Assembly: GCA_963695345.1 (NCBI GenBank)
Contig: OY968769.1
Location: forward strand, 2,115,649 to 2,179,648
Source of the DNA: an uncultured Methanomassiliicoccales archaeon
GTDB lineage: Archaea; Thermoplasmatota; Thermoplasmata; Methanomassiliicoccales; UBA472
Direction: 5' to 3'
Length of the DNA stretch: 64,000 nucleotides
In this document: positions 38,731 to 50,355 of the stretch, one piece after another
How the letters are laid out: each line of letters starts with the position of its first letter
How positions within the stretch are numbered: the stretch's first letter is position 1
Program-made: the position numbers and the translations under genes
Notes under the pieces: model-generated
Seen by the model: only the letters and a program-made list of their open reading frames with translations
What the model was told of the DNA's origin: nothing
The model's database searches: none

Positions 38731-39571
38731 TCATTGCTTTCTGCACCCCGCCTTGAGCTCCCTGACGAAATCCCGTATCTCATGCGGCTTCACCCCATCG
38801 ATTATCCTGGACAGGATCGCGGAGCCGACGATGACCCCGTCCGCCCCCAGCGCGGTGATCTCCTTGACATGTTCCTTGGTCGATACACCGAACCCCACCG
38901 CCAGCGGAAGGTCCCCCGCCGCCTCCTTGGCCCTCTCTATCAGGGTGGGCAACTTTTCGCTCAGAGTGCCCTCTCGCCCCGGTCGTCCCCAACCTACTGA
39001 CCAGATAGAGGTATCCGCTGGAACGGCCGGCGATGTGCATCATGCGGTCCTCCGGAGTGGTCGGCGCCACCAGCTGTATCAGGTGGATGCCTTCGTTCAT
39101 GCAGAACATCTCCAGGGTCAGGGACTCCTCGATCGGCAGGTCGGCCACGATGAGGCCGTCCACTCCCGCCTTCCTCGCCTGCTTGACGAACTCCTCCTCC
39201 CCCATGCGGAAGATGGGGTTGTAATAGCCCATCAGCACGATCGGAACATCGCACTTCTCCCTCACCCGGGCGGTCAGCTCGAGCACCCGCTGGGGGGTTA
39301 CTCCGGCGCGTAGCGCCTCGTCGCTCGCCTTCTGGATGACCGCCCCGTCCGCCATCGGGTCGCTGAATGGTACACCGATCTCAATGATGTCGGCACCGCC
39401 TTCCGAGCATGCGAGAAGATAGCTCAGGGATGTCTCGAACGATGGAAAACCTCCGGTGAGATAGACGATCAGCGCGCTTTCGTCGCGTTCCTTGCAGTTG
39501 CGGAACGCCTCCTCCACCCGTCCTGCCGTCCCCGACCGGTCGTCCGGCCTAACGCAGCGTTTTGACATCAT
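38731..39571 (-). pseudogene. trpA: tryptophan synthase alpha chain, one frame disruption
   Basis: YLTGGFPS, IEIGVPFSDPMADG and GYLYLVSRLGTTGAR are followed by a frame change near 38968-38980. The tail EGTLSEKLPTLIERAKEAAGDLPLAVGFGVS... ends at 38731. Confidence 0.8.
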
Positions 39572-39598
39572 CTGATCAACCCCATGTCGAACACCGTC

Positions 39599-40747
<1,149 letters not shown>

Positions 40748-41371
40748 TATTGAACGCTCCTTGCGTTTGAGATGAACTTCTCTATCAGGTCAGTGGACTT
40801 CCGGCCGCCGGTCTCCACTCCGGAGGAAACGTCCACGGCGAACGGGTGCACCTCCCGGATGGCTTCGACCACATTGCCTGGGTTCAAGACCGCCGGCAAG
40901 CACCACCGGGAATGGGTCCACCGCCTCCACTATCTCGGCGCTGACGCTCCAATCATGCTTGACGCCGTTACCGCCGAACGTTGGCGAAGCGGTGTCGAGA
41001 ACCAGCCCGGAGCATTTCCCGACCAGCTTCTCCGACCTCTCCAGCTCGTCTCCCCAGCCCACCGGCTGGAGCGCCCAGACATCGCACGGTATGGCGTTGG
41101 CGATCGCCTCCACGTCTTCCACATCCATCACCGAGTGCAGCTGGAGCACGTCCGGTTTCAGGACCCGGACGATCTGTTTCAGGACCTCCTCGCTCTGGCA
41201 GGTGGTGACGATGACCTTCCTGCATTTCGCCATCGACATGAGCTGCTCCGCCCTGGATATGGTAAGCTCCCTCCTGGAGCTGGTCTCGACGATGAAGCCG
41301 ACATAGTCGGCCTTGCGTGAGGATATTATGTCCTCTTCCCTCAGCATTCCGCAGACCTTCACCTTGATCAT
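40748..41371 (-). pseudogene. trpF: phosphoribosylanthranilate isomerase, one frame disruption
   Basis: MIKVKVCGM...ADYVGFIV...VLAGGL is followed by a frame change near 40883-40890. The tail NPGNVVEAIREVHPFAVDVSSGVE... ends at a TAA directly abutting the trpB ATG. Confidence 0.75.
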
Positions 41372-42154
41372 CTTGGCACCACCAGTCCCCTCAGCCTGCT
41401 CTCCGGGTCGTCCGCCGCGGCCAGCTCGGTCCCGATCAGGACACCGGCCGCACCGGCATCACGGGCCTCGATGACCTGTTCCCGGGCCGAGATACCGGAC
41501 ATCACTATTATCGGTTTGGTCTTGTGGGCCAGGTTGCTCAGGAGCCGGACTCCTTTTTCCGGTTCTATCTCCATGGTGCGCAGGTCCCTCTGATTGATGC
41601 CGACGACGTCGGCGGGGCTCTTCAGGCATTGCAGGAGCTCCACCTCATCGGCCGCCTCGAGCAGGACCTCGAGGCCTCTATCATGTGCATAGCCTATCAG
41701 GGCATCCCTCCGCACCGCCACCATCCGCGATGAGAACACCCTCTGGATCAGGAGCACCGCGCTGGCGCCATGCCGGGCGGCAGCATCGATCTGGTTCCTG
41801 GAGATGACGAAATCCTTCATCAGGACCGGGACCGGATGCGACGATGCCACGGCGAGGAGCTGCAGGCTGCCCTTGAAGAACCTGGGTTCCGTGAGGACTG
41901 ACAGAGCGGTGGCTCCGCCCCTCAGGTAATGGGACATGAGCTGTTCCGGATCATGGCCGGAGATGCTGCCGCTGGAAGGGGAGGCCATCTTGACCTCGGC
42001 GATGATGGGGAACTGATTCCGAGCACTGGAGCGCCTTCGCCAGAGGCCTCCTTATCGGACGGATGTAGGGAGTGGCCGTCTCGATGTCGTAATAATTGGA
42101 AGCGAGCAGCAGCTCGGCGTTCTTGACCAGTTCCTCCAGCGTATTCTCCCTCAT
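41368..42154 (-). pseudogene. trpC: indole-3-glycerol-phosphate synthase, one frame disruption
   Basis: The N-terminal MRENTLEELV...LQCSESVP and the remainder IIAEVKMASPSSG...VLTEPRFFKGS...INQRDL lie in different frames. The change is at the four-G run at plus-strand 42007-42010 (CCCC in the gene sense). Confidence 0.75.
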
Positions 42155-43167
42155 CAATCCACAGCCCTGCTCATCTCGACGAAACCGGTGAGCACCTTCA
42201 TCGCCCTCCCGGAATCGATGGAAACGCTTGCCATATCGATTCCCTCCTCGATATTCTTAACCCTATTGCAGGCGAACAGGGCACATGCGCTGTTTAGCAC
42301 CACGATATCCCTTCTCGGTCCAGGTGAGCCGGAGAGCACCCGGCGGGCCACCTTGGCTGCCAGGTCCGGTGTCAGTTCGGATATGACCTCCGGTCTCGGG
42401 GGGTCGATGCCCAGTGACCGGGGGACGATCTCGAACCGTTCCGTCCTTCCCCGGTCCAGCAGCACCGCCTGGGTCGTGCCCAATGTGGACACCTCATCCA
42501 TACCCGGGTACCCGTGGACCACCAGCGCCCGGGTGATCCCCAGGTCGTTCATGATCCCGGGGACGACGTCCAGTAGCCTTTGGTCGTACACTCCCATGAG
42601 CTGCATTCGTTCCGCCTCCACCGGGTTCAGCAGAGGGCCTATGACATTGAACACGGTCTTGGAGCGCAGCTCCTTCCGCACCGCTGCCACGTGCCTCATG
42701 GCCGGGTGATACTGCGGGGCGAACAGGAAGGTCATGCCGATCTCGTCCAGCATCCTCCCGGCCCGTTCGGGCCCGATGATCGGGTTGGCCCCGAGCGCCG
42801 CGAGCAGGTCGGCGCTGCCGCAGACACCGGAGCTGGACCGATTCCCGTGCTTGGCCACCGGCATGTCGCAGCCGGCCACGACGAACGCGGAGATGGTGGA
42901 GACATTGAAGGTCCGGAAAGGGGCCCCGCCAGTTCCGCAAAGGTCGGCGACCGTGCGGTGCCTGGTCTGCACCTTTACCGATGCCTCCGCGAACGCCTCG
43001 GCGAACGCCCTGATCTGCTCCGGGGTCTCACCCTTGGCCGACAATGATGAGAGCGTCGTCATCATCTCCTCGTGAGAGGCCCGACCGCACACCATGTCAT
43101 CAGCCAGCTCGGAAATGCTCGCCCTGCTGAGGTCTGTTCGCACAACTGACTCGATCATATTCAGCAC
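42154..43167 (-). CDS. trpD: anthranilate phosphoribosyltransferase
   Basis: DLCGTGGAPFRTFNVST and VAKHGNRSSSGVCGSADLLAALG are TrpD motifs. The gene is intact. Confidence 0.85.
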   Translation of the reverse strand: MLNMIESVVRTDLSRASISELADDMVCGRASHEEMMTTLSSLSAKGETPEQIRAFAEAFAEASVKVQTRHRTVADLCGTGGAPFRTFNVSTISAFVVAGCDMPVAKHGNRSSSGVCGSADLLAALGANPIIGPERAGRMLDEIGMTFLFAPQYHPAMRHVAAVRKELRSKTVFNVIGPLLNPVEAERMQLMGVYDQRLLDVVPGIMNDLGITRALVVHGYPGMDEVSTLGTTQAVLLDRGRTERFEIVPRSLGIDPPRPEVISELTPDLAAKVARRVLSGSPGPRRDIVVLNSACALFACNRVKNIEEGIDMASVSIDSGRAMKVLTGFVEMSRAVD

Positions 43168-43743
43168 CTCGCCTCGGCGATGAAATTGGCCAACATGCTC
43201 TTCCCCTTGGGCGTGAGGATCGATTCCGGGTGGAACTGGACCCCCTCGATCGGATACTTGCTGTGTCTGATGCCCATTATGGTGCCGTCCGCGGTGCGGG
43301 CGGTCACCTTCAGGGTCTCGGGCAATTCCTGTCCGACCACCAATGAGTGGTACCGCCCCACCGTCAGCGAATCCTCGAGGCCGGCGAACACCCCTTCCCC
43401 GTCATGTTCGATGACCGAGGTCTTGCCGTGCATCAGTTCGGCGGCCCGCATGACCTTTCCACCGTAGTAATGGGCGATGCCCTGGTGTCCCAGACAGACA
43501 CCGAGGGTGGGTACCGTGGGGCAGATATCGGTGAGCGCCTCGGCGCAGACGCCGAAGTCCCTCTTGATCCCCGGATGCCCCGGCCCGGGCGATATCATTA
43601 TGGCGTCCGGGTCGAACCGCCTTATGCCCTCGGACGTCGATGGCATCGTTTCGGACCACGGTTATCTGCGGGCCAAGCTCTCCCAAGTGCTGCTTCAGAT
43701 TGTAAACGAACGAATCATAATTGTCCAACAACAATATCCTCAT
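43161..43743 (-). pseudogene. trpG: anthranilate synthase component II (glutamine amidotransferase), one frame disruption
   Basis: MRILLLDNYDSFVYNL...VVRNDAIDV is followed by a frame change near 43632-43640. The remainder EGIRRFDPDAIMISPGPGHP...LGVCLGHQ...VQFHPES continues in the new frame. The start overlaps the trpE stop in an ATGA arrangement. Confidence 0.8.
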
Positions 43744-45134
43744 GCTGTCGCCCTCCGGTTGCATGCCTCGATGGCCTTCTTGACCGCCTTGAGCTTGTTC
43801 TCGGCCTCGACGAACTCCCGCTCCGGGTCGGAGTCGGCGACGATGCCGGCCCCGGCCTGGATGAAGATACGGTCATCGGCAATGAACGCGGAACGGATGG
43901 CGATGGCGGAATCGAGGTTCCCGTTCAACGATAGGTAGCCCACCGCTCCGGCGTACGGTCCGCGGGATCCACCTTCCAGTTCCTGGATGATCTCCATGGC
44001 GCGGGGCTTAGGGGCACCGGACACCGTACCGGCGGGGAAGACCGCGCAGAACGCCTCGAACGCCGTCCTGCCCTGTTCCAGGGTCCCCTGCACCTTGGAT
44101 ACCATGTGCTGTACGTGGCTGAACTCTTCCACCTGCATGAAGACCGGCACGTGCACCGAACCGATCTCGCACACCTTGCCGACGTCGTTCCTGGCCAGGT
44201 CGACGAGCATGCAGTGCTCCGCTCTTTCCTTCTCATCCGCCAGCATATCCTCCCGATAGGCGCGCTTCTCCTTGGGGGTCGTCCCCATCGGCCTGGTCCC
44301 GGCGATCGGGAAGGTGATGACCTCCCCTTTCCTGACGGTGACCAGCGTCTCCGGGCTGGAGCCGAGGACGACCCGTCCGCCGAAATCGAAATAGAACATG
44401 TAGGGGGATGGATTGAGCTCGCGGAGCGCTCGGTATAGGTCAAGCGAGTTCCCCGAGCAGATCGAGGAGAGCGACCGGGAAGCCACTATCTGGAACGCCT
44501 CCCCGGCGGCGATCCGGTCGCGACATATGGAGACGATCCTCTCGTACCGCTCCTGGGGCATTGATGGTACCAGTTCACCGGTCCGGAACGGTTCGTCCCC
44601 CGCCTGGGGAATTCCGGCCTCGAGCACGAGCCTCAACCGGTCGGCGCCATCCACCGAGAAGTAGTACGCCTGGAAACTGGAATGATCGAAGATGATCCCT
44701 TCCTTGTACATCCCCAGTTCGAAGTCGGGGAAGGCCCCGCCACCTAGCATCATCGTGGAGGGTTCGATGAACCGGGCGAAATCGTAGGAGAAATATCCGA
44801 CCAGGCCTCCCAGGAACGGGAACCGCGCATCCTTTATCGGGTCCTTTGAGGAAAGGCAGTTCAAGAATGGGATGGGCTCGTCCCGGCTCACGCCGCAGTC
44901 CGGTCCCCCTTCCACATGCCCCTTGACGCAGCGGACCACATATTCCGGCTGAAATCCCATGAACGAGTAGGAGACCGTCCTTTCGGAACCGACCGCGCTC
45001 TCCAGCAGGAAGGAGCACTCGGACACGCCCGACAAGCGGTCGTACAGCTCCGCGGGGGTGAGGCCGAGGTCCAACTTTTCAATCTTGACTCTGCTGTCGC
45101 CGACTGTCATGACAATAGGTACATCAATGACCAT
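43740..45134 (-). CDS. trpE: anthranilate synthase component I
   Basis: The chorismate-binding domain motifs SPETLV, GTVSGAPK and GPYAGAVGY are present. The gene is intact at 464 aa. Confidence 0.85.
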   Translation of the reverse strand: MVIDVPIVMTVGDSRVKIEKLDLGLTPAELYDRLSGVSECSFLLESAVGSERTVSYSFMGFQPEYVVRCVKGHVEGGPDCGVSRDEPIPFLNCLSSKDPIKDARFPFLGGLVGYFSYDFARFIEPSTMMLGGGAFPDFELGMYKEGIIFDHSSFQAYYFSVDGADRLRLVLEAGIPQAGDEPFRTGELVPSMPQERYERIVSICRDRIAAGEAFQIVASRSLSSICSGNSLDLYRALRELNPSPYMFYFDFGGRVVLGSSPETLVTVRKGEVITFPIAGTRPMGTTPKEKRAYREDMLADEKERAEHCMLVDLARNDVGKVCEIGSVHVPVFMQVEEFSHVQHMVSKVQGTLEQGRTAFEAFCAVFPAGTVSGAPKPRAMEIIQELEGGSRGPYAGAVGYLSLNGNLDSAIAIRSAFIADDRIFIQAGAGIVADSDPEREFVEAENKLKAVKKAIEACNRRATA

Positions 45135-45147
45135 ATATAATCATTAT

Positions 45148-45153
45148 TGTACA
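45148..45153 (-). promoter_or_regulatory. single TGTACA (TRP-box-like) palindrome in the trpE promoter region
   Basis: The hexamer lies between two TATA-like runs (45132-45141 and 45153-45169) in the 89-nt spacer upstream of trpE. Confidence 0.2.
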
Positions 45154-45238
45154 AATATATACATTATATGGTTTAGGGGGTGCGCGGGGCAACCGATTAG
45201 TACATGCCTCGGCACAACCGTCCGTGGACGGTGATAGG

Positions 45239-45814
45239 ATGAAGGTCATTGCTTTCAACGGCAGCCCAAGGACCAACGGGAACACCTACCAGGCACTCGC
45301 GGTCGTCCTTGATGAACTGGAGAAGAACGGCATATCGACGAAGATGATCAACCTCTGCGAGCAGGAGATCCATGGATGCAAGGCGTGCGGGGCCTGTTCC
45401 AAGAACAAGGACCGCAAGTGCGTAATGAAGGACGATGGGGTGAACGACTTCATAGAGATCATCGCCAAATGCGATGGCATGGTGCTCGGCTCACCGGTAT
45501 ACTTCGGGGGCCTGACCTCGCAGACCAAGGCCTTCATCGACCGGGTCGGATACGTCAACCGGGCCAACGGGGACCTGTTCAAGCGCAAGGTGGGGGCGGC
45601 GGTGGCCATCAACCGGAGGGCCGGTGCCCTGGAGACCTTCAACCAGATCAACAACTTCTTCCTTATCGCTCAGATGATCGTTCCCGGTTCCAGCTATTGG
45701 AACGTCGGCACGGCCCTCAGGCAGGGGGAGTTCGCGAACGATGTCGAAGGTGTCAACACCATGCGGAACCTCGGTCAGAACATCGCTTGGTTGTTGGAAA
45801 AGATCAATAAATGA
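45239..45814 (+). CDS. iron-sulfur flavoprotein / NADPH-dependent FMN reductase family
   Basis: MKVIAFNGSPRTNGNT is the flavodoxin-like FMN site, and CKACGACSKNKDRKC is the compact Cys motif typical of Isf proteins. Confidence 0.7.
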   Translation: MKVIAFNGSPRTNGNTYQALAVVLDELEKNGISTKMINLCEQEIHGCKACGACSKNKDRKCVMKDDGVNDFIEIIAKCDGMVLGSPVYFGGLTSQTKAFIDRVGYVNRANGDLFKRKVGAAVAINRRAGALETFNQINNFFLIAQMIVPGSSYWNVGTALRQGEFANDVEGVNTMRNLGQNIAWLLEKINK

Positions 45815-46115
45815 CCTTGGGTGAAGGATTTCGACGACCGTTCAAATCCTTTTCATTAATAATTTAATCTTATGGAATAGTTAATTATCCCGATAAAAGA
45901 CGATTTCAAGCTCATATAATATATAAATATTTCATATATGCCAGTTGGACGAGAAAACGCGAATCGGTCTGCGACAGAAGTTTATAGGATAAAATGCTAC
46001 ATCTATATCACCAAAGATTCGGTCGGAGTCGGAATTGAGACATTGGTTAGGACAGCCGTCAACGGTTTTCTGATTGTCGCCGCATCGTAGTCCTTGCGCA
46101 AACCTTTCGGGGGAA

Positions 46116-47933
46116 TTGAGTTTGTCGAACAATAGTCGTGATAGGTTAAAAGTAGTGGTCATTCTAGCGTTGGGCCTGCTAGCACTGCTGGTGTTGTGCC
46201 TTCCGAACACGAGCGCTTCACCTACGATCGTTGGTTCAGTCGATATGGACCTGAATTCCGCTCACATCGTCTGGTTGAACGCCACCGCCGACCCTGAACC
46301 CACCCCGTCCGAATTGAAGGGAACCGGATTGGGAGAGGGAACGGCCATCATCACATCGACCCCTGAAAAAGGAATTAAAGGGACCTATGTCGTGGTCACC
46401 GGTTCTGGATTCTCGACAAATGGCAACGCACAGGTCCTATTCGGCGGCGTCCCGATCGGCCTGGGAACCTCCGACGATCAGGGAAACCTCATTCCAGTAG
46501 GGGTGGTCATACCCCAGGTGTCGGCCGGCGCGTTCGAACTGACCGTCATTGATGACAACGGTGTCTACGGGGTCGACTCCTTCACCGTGATCGATGATAC
46601 CCCTATCGATATCACCGTTGACGTGGGTGCATTGCATTTCAATGGGGAGATGGTATCCATCTACGCCACCACCACCATCAATGGGAACCTGGTCGACGTG
46701 GACTACCTGAACGCCACGCTGTATGCACCGGACGGTTCCGAGATCGACCTGTCATGTACCGCGACCCGGATATCCACGGGAGTATACCTGTTCTCGACCA
46801 CCGTTCCCATGACCGCCGGGACCGGTGACCACGCTATGGTGCTCAATGCCAGCAAATCGTGCACCCATCACGGCGCGTCCGTGTCCGCGTTTGTGATCAG
46901 CCCGACCCTGTCCGGCCTCGGGGCAACTCTCAGCGACATCAAGAACGACACCGCCACGGTCATCACGACGTTGGGTTCGATCCGGATCGACCTGAGCAAG
47001 GTCAATGCCACGGTCATCTCCATCCAGGGAAAGATCATAGAGGTAGGGACGGTACTGGGAACTGTAGAAGGCACCCTGGACCAGATCCACGGCACGGTCA
47101 TCTCGATCAACGGAACGGTCGTCCGGCTGAGGACGGACCTGGGAATCGTCAACAGCACCGTCAACCACCTCCATGCCCACATCATCGCCATGCAGGGGAC
47201 TCTGGCGACCATCGAGACCGATCTCGGTTACGTCAACGTCACGATCGCCGGCATCCACGCGACAGTGAGCGAGGTCCAGGGCAGGTTGGCCACGGTCCAG
47301 ACGGACCTTGGGTCCATCAACGTAACGGTCAACGATATCCACGCCCAGATCATGGCCGTCCAGGGTAACTTGGCCGTGGTCCAGACCGACCTCGGCGCCA
47401 TGAACGTCTCCATGAGCGCCATCCATGGACAGGTGGAGACCATCCAAGGAACGGTGGCCGTCATCATTACCGATCTCGGTTCGATCAACTCGACCGTGGA
47501 AAGCATCCATTCGAGCGTGATGGGCATCGATGACGACCTGATCCAGATCGATACCACCCTGGGGATCGTCCAGACCAACCTGTCCAGCGTGAACGCCGAG
47601 CTCGACGGTCTGAACGGTACGGTGGCCACCATCAGGACGGACATCGGCCTGATCAACGCGAGTCTGACGGACATCAGGTTCAGGATAGTTGCGCTGGAAG
47701 GCGATTCCGCAACCATCGTATCAACGGTAGGAAGCATCCAAGGGACAGTCACCGGAATGAACGGCACCGTGGCGACCATCGACACCAACATGGGGGAGGC
47801 GCTGGTGGACATAGGGGCGATTCAGAACAAGGCCAACGGGATCGACACGAGCACGCTCTTCGGAGCCGGCATCTTTACCGTGCTGGCGATCATAATCCTC
47901 ATGGTCGTGATCCTAAGGACGAGGAAGCGATGA
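46116..47933 (+). CDS. secreted, C-terminally anchored surface protein with beta-sandwich domains and a 28-residue repeat stalk
   Basis: A signal-like segment VVVILALGLLALLVLCLPNTSA is followed by IPT/TIG-like GTYVVVTGSGFSTNGNAQVLFGGVPIG, ten 28-aa repeats, and a terminal transmembrane helix ending in RTRKR. There is no ATG, so a TTG start at 46116 or 46122 is assumed. Confidence 0.6.
   Translation: MSLSNNSRDRLKVVVILALGLLALLVLCLPNTSASPTIVGSVDMDLNSAHIVWLNATADPEPTPSELKGTGLGEGTAIITSTPEKGIKGTYVVVTGSGFSTNGNAQVLFGGVPIGLGTSDDQGNLIPVGVVIPQVSAGAFELTVIDDNGVYGVDSFTVIDDTPIDITVDVGALHFNGEMVSIYATTTINGNLVDVDYLNATLYAPDGSEIDLSCTATRISTGVYLFSTTVPMTAGTGDHAMVLNASKSCTHHGASVSAFVISPTLSGLGATLSDIKNDTATVITTLGSIRIDLSKVNATVISIQGKIIEVGTVLGTVEGTLDQIHGTVISINGTVVRLRTDLGIVNSTVNHLHAHIIAMQGTLATIETDLGYVNVTIAGIHATVSEVQGRLATVQTDLGSINVTVNDIHAQIMAVQGNLAVVQTDLGAMNVSMSAIHGQVETIQGTVAVIITDLGSINSTVESIHSSVMGIDDDLIQIDTTLGIVQTNLSSVNAELDGLNGTVATIRTDIGLINASLTDIRFRIVALEGDSATIVSTVGSIQGTVTGMNGTVATIDTNMGEALVDIGAIQNKANGIDTSTLFGAGIFTVLAIIILMVVILRTRKR
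46965..47804 (+). repeat. ten consecutive in-frame 84-bp (28-codon) tandem units inside the surface-protein gene
   Basis: Units begin at 46965 and then every 84 nt, for example TDLGYVNVTIAGIHATVSEVQGRLATVQ, TDLGSINVTVNDIHAQIMAVQGNLAVVQ and TDLGAMNVSMSAIHGQVETIQGTVAVII. Each unit equals four heptads. Confidence 0.8.
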
Positions 47934-48192
47934 AGGAAACCTCCTTGGATCGGAAGAACGCGAAGACGTGAGAGTGGGCGCAATCCAGGTCCCAGCGGGG
48001 TATTTCCGACATGGTAACCTAGCTGAAGCCATTCTTGAATTGGATTGTTCGGCTCTACCGATGTACCTAACGCCAATAGAAGAAGCCAGGTCCACCGAGG
48101 GCTATCGCCGAGGTGACCGCATGTTCACTGGGAGTGTCTTACTTGCATGGCCGTTCCGAATGACGGTCAGCCACCGGTATTGGTCCCTACCT

Positions 48193-48465
48193 CTAGAGGT
48201 GGGTCCTCAGCGTATCCAGGTCCATGGTGAGCTGGATAACGTCCCCCACGACACCGATCTGGTCCGTCCTGATCTTGATCTTGGCCTTGCTCATGAACGG
48301 CTTCTTGACGTTCAACGGTTTGACCATGTCCTTGTGCAGCTCGACGACCAGGCTCATTACCGTCCATCTGGAGGTGTCGATGTTGCTACCCACCATGTCT
48401 CCCAGGTTCCTTCCGTCCTTGGTGATAACGTGCTTTCGCTCGATACTTGAAAGTTCGATTGGCAT
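48193..48465 (-). CDS. PRC-barrel domain protein
   Basis: HVITKDGRNLGDMVGSNIDTSRWTVMSLVV fits the small archaeal PRC-barrel pattern. Confidence 0.6.
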   Translation of the reverse strand: MPIELSSIERKHVITKDGRNLGDMVGSNIDTSRWTVMSLVVELHKDMVKPLNVKKPFMSKAKIKIRTDQIGVVGDVIQLTMDLDTLRTHL

Positions 48466-48804
48466 CCTGCATCCCTATTATCTTAAAAGTATTATTTTGT
48501 ATAAATATTGTTATCTCTACTATCCATTGATTGAAATCAATGACAGAGACGGATCGCTAAGGCAATCCGTTCCCTACCTGATCATCAATCACCTCTCAGG
48601 AAAAGTTAGTCCAAACACGGGATTTTAGCTAGTGCAGGTCGTGAAGTGTCAAATAAGACCTGGTAGGGATGGCCGATAATACTTGGTTCCATGGGATCCC
48701 AAAGTAACAGAGTACTAAGATAACACCAATGGTCAGGCTCGTCTGGTTCGATCAACTACCATGGGACTATTCGCTATTCCTTCCTTGAATTCATCAATCG
48801 AACT

Positions 48805-50131
48805 CTATTGGAATGGTCTTCCTGTTGGGTTATCCTTACTCTTTGCCCTCCCGAGCAATTGATAGAATAGGGCAAGGAAAATGAATATTGCCAGACCAGC
48901 CACAAGAACCTCCAACGGCAGGCTCAGCATGAAGACCCCGAGGATTGTTATGCCGATCACCGGCAGGTAAGGGTAAAGAGGCATCCTGAACGGAGGCGTG
49001 ATCCCCGTTCTTCTGAAGTGGATAACATCAAAGCCGACAATGAGATAATCGAACATCAAACTGAAAGTCACTATGGATACGATCAGATAGACATTACCGG
49101 CAAATAACATGATCACTCCTATGATGGCGGATACGATGATGCCATTCTCCGCCGTACCCCTATCGGAATTGTAGCGCATGAGCGTTCTTGGAAGTAGGCC
49201 ATCTGCGCTCATTTGGTATATCGATCTCGATGAGGTTAGTATCATTGCCAATGTGGCTGAGGCGGTTGCAACCAGGGCCCCTATTCCAACGACCACGAAC
49301 AGCCATGAAGGGGCACCGCTGCTGTACCAAGGCGAAGGTCAGAGGGTCCGTTCCGATCTGGTAGGACGATGGCGGCACCAACAGCAACAATGATACGACG
49401 ACCATCATGTACAGCACTACGCTTATCAGGACCGCGGCCAGGATCGCTTTTGCCGTTCCTTTTCTTCCTCCCTTTATTCTCCCGGAGAAGGTGGCTATGG
49501 ACTGGAAGCCAGAATAGGCGAAGAAGATGGCGATGCTTGCAGCAAATATGCCCTGGAATCCACCAACAGAAAAATCGAACGTGAAGTGAGAGGCGGCCCC
49601 GGTACCCGATCCGCTAAACGCGACGTACGCCGCAAAACCGATGAACAAGAAGAGTATCCCAATTTTGATCACAACGAGGACCAAGTCGGTCTCCGCGGCT
49701 TTCTTCACTCCCAATAGATTGATGGTCGAGAGCGCTGCGATAAGAAGTATGGCGAATGGTATCGCATAGCTGTTCGCCGGAAGGCCCACAATGCTTGAAA
49801 GATAGGCACCGAAACCTAAGGATATGACCGATATCGATACGGCCAAGCTCAGATATCTGAATATGCCAGTAATAAAACCGAGCCTGGCTCCGAACGCCTT
49901 AAAGGTGTACGAGTAGGAGGCGCCTTTTACATTCGGCATGATGGAGCTGAGCTCTCCCAACTCAAGTGCCAGGATCAGTGCTACCGTGCCGACCACTGCA
50001 AACGCTATCAAAGCGTCCGCTCCCGCCAATGCGATCGAAGTGCCGCTGAGAACGAATATGCCTGCGCCGATGATGGCTCCAAGTCCCACTGAGGTCGCTA
50101 CCGGGATACCGATCAGCTTTCTCTCTTCCAT
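48805..50131 (-). pseudogene. APC-family amino acid permease, one frame disruption
   Basis: Two overlapping ORFs encode consecutive parts of one polytopic APC transporter. The sequence ...DPLTFALVQQR is followed, in the other frame, by GAPSWLFVVVGIGALVATASATLAMIL... The change is near 49318-49322. Confidence 0.7.
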
Positions 50132-50355
50132 CGAAATTGATTGGGACTAGGCAGTATAGAATACTCAGGATAGCAGGAGGGTTCGAAGGGGAGTAGGAAC
50201 GATACGATCATCCCGTCGGATATACTCCACACAGTCCAGTACCGCTTTTCATTTCCTTACGATCGAATTCAGCTTCATCTCTGTTCGGGCCAGCCTGAGT
50301 CTCCCAATTAATGAGCATTTAGCTGCCAATCCATTTCTCGGGATCCGTTCGAGGC

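Noticed and set aside
46965-47804. Regular 84-bp repeats, considered as a possible CRISPR array or satellite.
   Set aside because: The repeats are contiguous with no spacers, lie in frame within one long ORF, and are conserved at the protein level as 28-residue heptad-based units.
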